Source of the DNA: Octopus sinensis
Lineage: Eukaryota
Assembly (NCBI RefSeq): GCF_006345805.1
Contig: NW_021825337.1
Location: 1 to 16,123, forward strand
DNA: 16,123 bases
Reading direction: 5' to 3'
Shown: positions 8,207-16,123 of the stretch, one piece after another
Layout: each line of letters starts with the position of its first letter
Position numbering within the stretch: position 1 is the stretch's first letter
The notes under the pieces: model-generated
Database searches by the model: none
What the model was told of the DNA's origin: nothing
The model's input: only the letters and a program-made list of their open reading frames with translations
Made by a program: the position numbers and the translations under genes

Positions 8207-8923
8207 GTTGTCTTTTTATTTATTCTTGAAAATATTTATGTAATGGATGCACTCAATTTTCATACACATTTGTAGAAGTATTCTCGGAATATTTTGGGGC
8301 CAATCTGTCTCTTTCCTTTACTTTGCTATTTTTAATTTGCTTTTTCTCTCTCTCTGTTTCTCTCTTCCCACTATCACATGACCGGTGACGAACTAAGGCG
8401 GTTTCATTCCTTTTCATGTTGCTTTCAACCGTATTGCATATGACCTTCTGAGCTCCTCACTCTACCTCTCCCACGTATACTCCTTTAAGACAGTTTTCAT
8501 TTCTCCTTCGCATCACCCATTTTCGTCTTGTCTTGCAGCCCCAAGGCTTTTGTTATATATGTATTATCATTATTAATTGTTGTCTTCGTGTGGCCCTAAG
8601 TCTTTATTCTGTTTATCATTTTGTCTTGAGCCCAACACATTTTGTTATGTTTACGTCCCATTCCCAACACGTTTCTTGTCGGTGCCTCCAGAGTGGAAGC
8701 AATATTATTGATAATGGCTGAAATTGCATTGGACCCCTCTGGCTGATAACTGATGAAGAATTGGTGACCTATGTTTTCTGTCCGCCTGTGTATTTAGTAT
8801 ATGTTCATTTGTTTATTTATTATACGCTTTTTATTTTTATAATATAGGTAAGTTATATTTTCGGTTTGTTGTCTTTTTATTTAATCCTGAGAATATTAAA
8901 TATGAAACACATGCACTCAATGT

Positions 8924-8944
8924 ATTACACACATATATACATGC

Positions 8945-8979
<35 letters not shown>

Positions 8980-8999
8980 AAGGAGATACAACCACACAT

Positions 9000-9033
<34 letters not shown>
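8924..9033. repeat. (TA)n/(CA)n microsatellite
   Basis: Direct reading. Confidence 0.9.
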
Positions 9034-9214
9034 GTACCTCCTCTATAGGGGGACACTTATTTCTGTCTCTGTTTCTCTGTCACACTCTAACCTTTCATCA
9101 TCTGATACAAGATCACCTCCTCCAATGCTCCGTCTTGTATAGCAAGATTCCTGTCACTTTCTAACCTTTCATCATCTGACACAAGATCCCCCTCTGTCAA
9201 TACCTCCTTCCCTT

Positions 9215-9544
9215 TCAAAATTCCTTGTCATGCAAGTTACTTGGTAACCCTGTTGGTGCTGGTGGTACGTAAAAAGCATCCAACCTACATTGTAAAGTGG
9301 TTGGAATCTTGAAGGGCACCCAGCTGTAAAAGTCATGCCAAAACTGACCTTGCCTGTGCTGGGCCATGTAAAGAGCACTCAGTTCATTTTGTGGAGTGGT
9401 CAGTGAAAGGAAGGGCATCCAGCCGTAAAAACTATGCCAAAACAGACACAGTAGCCTGGGGTAGTTTTCTACCTGGCTGGCTCTTGTCAACCGTCCTACT
9501 CATGCATACATGGAAGATGGACGTTAAATAATGATGATGATGAT
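9215..9544 (+). mobile_element. RTE-related SINE-like repeat with (TGA)n tail
   Basis: GGAAGGGCATCCAGCCGTAAAA motif (recalled from RTE 5' UTR-derived SINE domains), 3' end GGACGTTAAAT plus (ATG)n at 9531-9544, and an internal ~100-bp duplication. Confidence 0.55.
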
Positions 9545-9757
9545 ATATACACACACATACACATAAGCATACATGTATATTTACACACATGTGTACACAC
9601 ATACATACTCACACACAGTAGCCATGGCTAGACAAGCAGTGGCAAAATGTATATTGAAACATGAAAATACTTGACTTATTTTTATCTACGACCAGAGTGC
9701 AACATGGTTGAAGCATAGGAATAACGTTAAGTAGCAATACTTGTATGAAATAAATTA

Positions 9758-10066
<309 letters not shown>

Positions 10067-10359
10067 TTAAATTTATCATAAACCCATATTTATCATTTAA
10101 TATTTTTTGTCTTCAGAAAGTAATCTATAAATAAGAATTGTTCAGTCTATTTTATAAAAGTATAAAAAAATTATGCAAGATATTCTAAAGAATACTTTGA
10201 ATAAAATAATCTAATGAAAGAGATAAAAAGCAGAACATGTTACAAGAGATTATTATAACCAGTGGCTTCTTCAGTTGATGAAAAAGAAAAGAATGAAAAC
10301 AAAAATTCAGTAAGCAGCAATTCTAATAGCAGTGAGAAAATCTAAAATAGATAATTTAC

Positions 10360-10512
10360 CTGCAGCTGGTTCTGCAACAAGTGGGCTAGCAGAAGAACCC
10401 AGTCGTTGAACCAAACTACCAAGCTCATGGAGGGCACACACCAGCACATGCTGGCTGGCTGATACCTCTGAAGCTTGAAACTTTCCATCATTTGATTCCA
10501 TTACAGCTTCTC
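10360..10512 (-). CDS. HEATR5B: Preceding internal coding exon of the HEATR5-like gene
   Basis: Acceptor TTATTTTCAG at 10513, donor GTAAAT at 10359; 153 nt, phase 1 to 1, splices in frame (G+GA) to the next exon. Encodes [50 protein letters not shown] (cf. [20 protein letters not shown]). Confidence 0.9.
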
Positions 10513-10666
10513 CTGAAAATAACAATATACTTTAATACAATTGTGGTAAAATTATTAGATGCTTAAAATATGAAGAATTTACAAAACAAACTATGAGACA
10601 AAACTGTATAAGTATTTTTAAAATGTTTGAAATTTACAAAATGCAATACAGTGTTAATACAATATG

Positions 10667-11505
10667 GAGAATGTTTGGGCTAAATTTGATGATTTTTTTC
10701 ATGTCTTTTTTTTTTTTTCAGTTGGTGAAATGAAAACAGCACTGGAGAGTATAAAGTTATAGGTGAGAAACTGCTAGCTGACATGGAGGACTGGAAGCTT
10801 TCTAAATATTGGAAAAGTGTTACCTGTATCATGATGATTCTTGCTGGCTATCAAAATGCCAATGTCATGACTGCTGCTCAATGCCCTGTGAACACTGTAA
10901 AGGCCCTAACAAGTGGCATGGACAGCGACAACAGCGACTATGAAGCTGTGGTCAGCAGGAAGGACACAGAAGTTCTGACAGTTCACACACTGAGATTCCT
11001 TCACACTGCTTTAATTTAGCTGGCTATGTGAAGCTAGAAGACTATAGTCAATCTCTGGCTGGAGAGGGTTGCTGCTAAAAGCCATATGTCATAACTCCAA
11101 AAAGAGTCAGAAGTAGTTGTTGGAGAATTTCTATGACTTCACCAGCCCCAGTCTCTGACTGCCTAACTCTCAAATGTAATCCCATGGATTACTATGTGTG
11201 AGGCACAGTTGAGATGGACATCAACCACTCTGCTTGCAATAGCAAAGCTGAGTTAGTGGCCCAGATCAAGAAGGTGCTTGAAGATCTTACCAGGAATAGA
11301 ATAAAGAACATATGCACTGAGTTCTGGACCTGTCTTGTGGCTATGGTGGTAGCTGAGGGTGGCTACTCTGAATAAACTGTTATCTCCTAACAATAATCTA
11401 GTTGATATTTTTGATTTTTTAAAAATACTTTTATTTATTTTTGGATGGGATATTGTTTTTTGTTTACTTTTAATGCAAACTGTTAAATTTAGCTTGAACA
11501 TCCTG
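10667..11505 (+). mobile_element. Degenerate, internally deleted Tc1/mariner element (DDxD, maT-like)
   Basis: N-terminal HTH-like remnant 10783-10960. C-terminus CNPMDYYV*GTVE...AEGGYSE* (11175-11375). Degenerate TIRs sharing TGTT...GCTAAATTT (about 10669-10691 versus 11481-11503, 16/23 matches). Confidence 0.75.
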
Positions 11506-11991
11506 AACATTATAACACTGAATTATTTCAAAAGTAGATTTTCTGTAAACTAACTCCAACAAGTCAAGGGCTTATAGATGGCACCGTTTATACTTTCCTT
11601 AATATAAAATCTAAGTATTGTGTCATGCCATAAATAATGCAGTTTTTTCAACTGCATGCACTAAAAATCAGATGGGATAAACTACCTACATCAACTTGCT
11701 ATAAAAGCAGTTAATAATTTTACCTTGTATGTATTCTTAGTGCAATTTTTGAAGAGAGCAGTTCGATTTTCTTACAACCTTGAGTTTGCATATAGACTAC
11801 ACTGTGTTTTAACACTACAAAAACTAAATCAGTAACAAACATATCTTTTCTCAATGACTTCTATGACTGCCTTCACAAATACAACTGCACACACCACACT
11901 GTACTTCGCACTGTCAGTATGCATGCACCTTAATAAGGTTTAGGATAGTTCACTTGCTATGCTACAGAGGTGTCAGGATTTCACTGCAATA

Positions 11992-12003
11992 TCTCCCCTT
12001 TTT
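11992..12003 (-). promoter_or_regulatory. Candidate polypurine tract of Gypsy element 2
   Basis: Minus strand AAAAAGGGGAGA followed by TATTG (possibly decayed TGTTG LTR start), downstream of the integrase tail. Confidence 0.45.
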
Positions 12004-14335
12004 GAGCTTGACTTTCCTTGGAAGTGAGTATTTTTCCTTTATTTATTATATTTATTACCCTCTCCCCACCCCTTTCTTTCAACTTAATTCCCCAGGAAGA
12101 AATTGGAATATTTTCTTTTTCGTTTTGACTACTTGCAAAAGTTCAGTTTTTCTTTTCTTTTCCTAGTAAATGTACTCGATGGTTTGACTATTCCTTGAGG
12201 TACAGGTATGTCAAAAATGTCGAAGAAATTCCATTAGTTCTTCATGTTTTATTCTTTCTTCTGCAAACCATTTTTTTTCAGTTGGTTTAAATGTCTTTCG
12301 TGTTCCCATGTATGACATTTTACCATGTAAGTTCATTTTCTTAAACATTCACTTATTATACCTTCTTCCCAACTTTCCTGCCTATTTCTGTATATTCTAA
12401 AAAACACCTTGTCACTGATTTTGAACTATTTTGTCTTATTTTTGGTGTTTCTCATCACTTATTTTTTTCTTCCCAGTAGTAAGTGGTCAAACACTGACCT
12501 GACATTCCTGGTGACATACCTTAAGTGGTGTTGGGATTAAGTGTTATTCAATAGACAGTTAAGAATTGCATCAATGAGGTATCAGATAGTAGCTTATTCC
12601 TATATTTTTTCAGTCTCCTCTTAAACGTGTCTACATAACGTTCTGCTAGTCCATTCGATCTTCGATGGTATGGCAGAGTAGTAATATGCTCCATTGCATA
12701 CATTTCGCAAAAGTTTTTCAATTCCTTTGATGTCAATTGCGTTCTGTTATCAGATACTATAGTGTTTGGGTCGCCATATCACGCAAAAAGTTCATCCAGA
12801 AATTCCATTATTACTTTGGAAGTTGGCTTCCTACATTTACATATTTCTGGCCATTTCGTGTAACTATCTACAAATATTTAACAGTCCTGCAAAGTCTATG
12901 TGTAATCTGTCAGTCTTGAGCCAAAGCTGAATATTTATAGGTGGTACTTTTGCTTCCAGCACATAACCCCTGCAGGCTTTCACCAATTTTTCAATATCCT
13001 GGTCCCTATTTGGCCAGTAGATGTAGCTCCTCATCAGTGCTTCCAATCTCGCAATTCCTGGATGTCTCATGTGGAATTCTTTTAGCATACAATTTTGCAA
13101 AGAAACAGGTATTACAACCCTCTGAGCATACATAAGCACGTCATCACATAACGAACACCATTTTGAAACTGTGTTACACTTGGCTACATGAGTTTTCATA
13201 TTTGTTTCTGACTTCACTATTTTTTTCCTTTTTATTATGAACACATCCTTCTCTGCTTTAATTTTTATTTCCTCTAAAGTGACAGGTAGTTTGTGTACTA
13301 TGTTGCAGAGTATATTTTTTGTTTCAATTTCAGCTTTTAATGCTGCTTTTACAATGTCTTCTAATGGTTCATTGTATTTAGGTATCAATCTTGACAGCCC
13401 ATCCATGTCACAGATTTTTCGATGGTAGAAATTCCATCTTAAAGTCATAATTTAGCAAGATAGTCCCGCAGCAGTGCAATTGGTTGGCTGTATGTGTGGG
13501 GATACCCTTTTTTGATCCATAATTTGACAACAATGAGTGGTGATCTGTCTGCAGATTGAATTTCCTTCCATGTATGAATTTGTGAAATTTTTTCATGGCA
13601 AAAATAATGGCTAATGCCACCTCCTCAATTTGGCTGTAGTTTTTTTCAGCCACCAACAATGAACGTGAAGCATGGGTGATCGGTTTTAGGCTACCATTTT
13701 CATACTAGTGTAAAATTGCTGCTAGCATCTGATGTTACAACTATTTTTAAATTTGGATCAAAGTACGATGATGACAGTTCTGATGTTAAAACTTAAAATT
13801 TCTTCGAACACTTTTTGGCACCTGTCCAATCAATACCATTTAATGTCTTTTTTCAATAGGTTGTTTAGGGGTACTCTTAGTTCATGCATATTTGGTATAT
13901 ATGTTTGGTAATAGTTTGTGAGCTCTAAGAATCCTTGTAATATAATATTTTTTTGGGGAAGCATATTTTTTATTGCAGTCGATCTTAAAGAATCTGGCCT
14001 GAGACCATTTTTATTGATAACTTGCCCAAGATACTTTATTTCTGGCATGAAAAATTTGCATTTTTCCTTGCTAAGTTTAAATCCATATTCCTTTATTCTT
14101 TCAAAGACCTTTTTAACATGTTCCTCATGCTGGCCTTGAGACTCACTTTTTGTGAGTATGTCATCCAAGTATTGTGAAATCTGTAACCGCAAGCATAGTG
14201 TCCATCACCTGTTGGAAAATATTAAGTGCCACCTTTATCTCAAAAGGAAGTCAACTGAATTTATATAAACCTTTATGGGTGTTTATTGTTAATAATTTCG
14301 AACATTCCTCCTCGATTTGTAACTGTAAATATGCC
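11992..14335 (-). mobile_element. pol: Gypsy element 2: 5'-truncated pol remnant (RT-RNase H-integrase), Mag/K02A2.6-like
   Basis: RT: AYLQ...INTHKGLY...LPF...IFQQVMD...YLDD (ORF 13830-14192). RNase H: NYSQIE..ALAIIFAMKKFH..TDH...DGLSRL. Integrase: HHCC region, HIDFAG, VSDN (D at 12749-12751) with E 35 residues later in SNGLAER, C-terminal RHLNQL. Many stops and frameshifts. Confidence 0.92.
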
Positions 14336-15727
14336 TTTTTCTTTACATAAACAGTTGGTGATGATACTAATACTGACATTTTGCATGTATAAAACTTTTA
14401 TACACAGGTTTCATGCTGAGTGTAAGTCACCATAAAAATAGCCAAGATTACATCCACACACTAAAACTGATAAAATTGAAACTGAAGTGAACTTAATATG
14501 AATCAATTTCACACTTCTAATTTTTAAAATACATTTTCTTTTCAATGCTGTTAATTAAATTGATCTTAATATATCGAGGGTGCTTAACATTTTCAACCTT
14601 AGAAAGATTTAGCTTCAAAGTAAGGAGGCAACATGCAGGATACATTGAGTTATAATCTAGTGTTGTCTTTCCTCAGGCTCAAAAGTATATTATTAGTTTC
14701 TTACATTCAAGGCCTTAATAGGAAGCTATAAAGTTTGTGCATTTCTTCAGGCAATTTTCTGGAAAGTGAAGTAAAATGTTTTCAAATGGGAGTCAGGAGT
14801 AGTTCTTATATGACAAATGACTTACTAAAACCTTATTTCAATGCCACATTGTAAAGCACTTTTATTTGTAAAATCATTAACAAATTAATTGACCTAATTA
14901 ATTGAAACCAAATACTTCTGTTCTACAGTACATATTATAATAATAAAATACTGAAATCACAGTACATCAGTGTAAACGAATGGAACTTGTAAGAATGTGC
15001 CCATGCTTTATTTCGAAAATACAAAATCTACACACACAAACTATTTTAAAATTTCTTTCTAACGATCTTCTCTCTCATTCTGTATATCTGGGTATATGGG
15101 AAAAAGCAGTGATAGCCCATCTCAGAACTACATGTCTCATCACTTTCTCTGCAACCAGTCATCTTTCAATCACTCATGAACTACTTCCTGGTGACACTTA
15201 CCACCCTATGTCTCCTTCTACATCCTGGCAACCATTATTCACTGGCCATCTCAACACTGCCAAACCTTCTTGATTTTCTGTTCTCAAACTCTCTTCTATT
15301 CCCCATTTTGTACACTGAGGGTACATTCTAATGCCTCAGTTTAAAGAAGATGCAGTAGTTAGGGATTAAATTATACATTACTTCAAAAACGAGTTATTGG
15401 TTGGTTACGCAAGTTAGCTAGGAGGAATTTGCACGTGGAAATTTTATGAAGGTTTTTTTGAATAACTGGGAACAACAGATATATAACGTATGCTTATCAA
15501 ATTAGACTTACAATCAAGGATTTCCAATGCCTTTAATGAGCACAAATTACAGCGAATAAGATCACCTTGGCATGAAAGCGCACTACCTATAATTGACCAT
15601 ACACTGAGTACTAGTTCCTTTCTTTTGTATTTAAAAAAACATGAACAAGATTATGTAGTCTTAATTTGAGCTTGCAGCATATTGCTCCTATGTAATAATA
15701 TTCTAGTTGTTTTTCCATCAAGTACTT

Positions 15728-16006
15728 TATGAGGGTGTGTGTGTGGGCACGCGTGCACATGTGTGTATGTATATATATATGTGTGAATGTAGGTGTGTTT
15801 GTGTATGTCCGTATATTATATATGAATACATCTGTGTATATATGTATATATACACATGTAGATATATACACACATAATACACGTGTGTGTGTAAATATAT
15901 ATAGGTATATATATATGTATTTTTATATATATCTCTATAAATGCACACACACACACACACACACAAACAAATATGTGCGTATATATATATATATCCAAAT
16001 ACATTC

Positions 16007-16042
<36 letters not shown>
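15728..16042. repeat. Compound (TG)n/(TA)n/(CA)n microsatellite
   Basis: Direct reading. Confidence 0.95.
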
Positions 16043-16046
<4 letters not shown>

Positions 16047-16123
16047 TTACTCTTTTACTTGTTTCAGTCATTTGACTGCGGCCAGGCTGGAGCAGCGCCT
16101 TTAGTCGAGCAAATCGACCCCAG
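16043..16123 (-). mobile_element. 3' end of a SINE-type repeat, continuing beyond the window
   Basis: Minus strand GGCGCTGCTCCAGCCTGGCCG-CAGTC-AAAT-GACTG-AAACAAGTAAAAGAGTAAAGAG; resembles an abundant octopus interspersed repeat as I recall it; shares its tail with 5382-5440. Confidence 0.65.

Noticed and set aside
5166-8275. Many Y/I/T/H/C/V-rich ORFs in the track (also 8866-9048 and 15611-16071)
   Set aside because: They are translations of (TA)n, (CA)n and (TATG)n microsatellites, which lack stops in several frames.
8750-8790. CTGATGAAG resembling a third hammerhead core
   Set aside because: No downstream stem II plus GAAA and no stem I partner.
9290-9430. Possible twister ribozyme upstream of the GGAAGGGCATCC motif
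   Set aside because: I could not find twister core sequence or its pseudoknot pairings.
14980-15273. 97-aa ORF in a C-rich stretch, possibly a LINE fragment or host exon
   Set aside because: No recognisable motif, no HEATR5 similarity, and it is on the opposite strand to the gene.

Overview
Eukaryotic, AT-rich, repeat-dominated DNA; no prokaryotic features (no CRISPR, rRNA or operons). The (TA)n/(CA)n tracts and the short interspersed repeats resemble those I recall from octopus genomes (inference, not verified). The only host gene evidence is two minus-strand coding exons of a HEATR5A/B-like gene (10360-10512, 9788-10038); the rest appears intronic and is filled with transposon remnants. 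These are: a plus-strand Gypsy LTR element (1-5338) that keeps its LTRs, tRNA-Leu PBS and PPT but lacks its catalytic cores; a piggyBac derivative nested in its 3' LTR; a 187-bp inverted-repeat-bounded element containing a type I hammerhead ribozyme fold; a Helitron-like non-autonomous element; a Penelope-like fragment with a second, minimal hammerhead; RTE-related repeats; a degenerate maT/mariner element; a second, minus-strand Gypsy pol remnant; and two SINE/LINE-type 3' tails with a covarying stem-loop. The two hammerhead folds are the most interesting observations. I see no intact novel protein-coding system.
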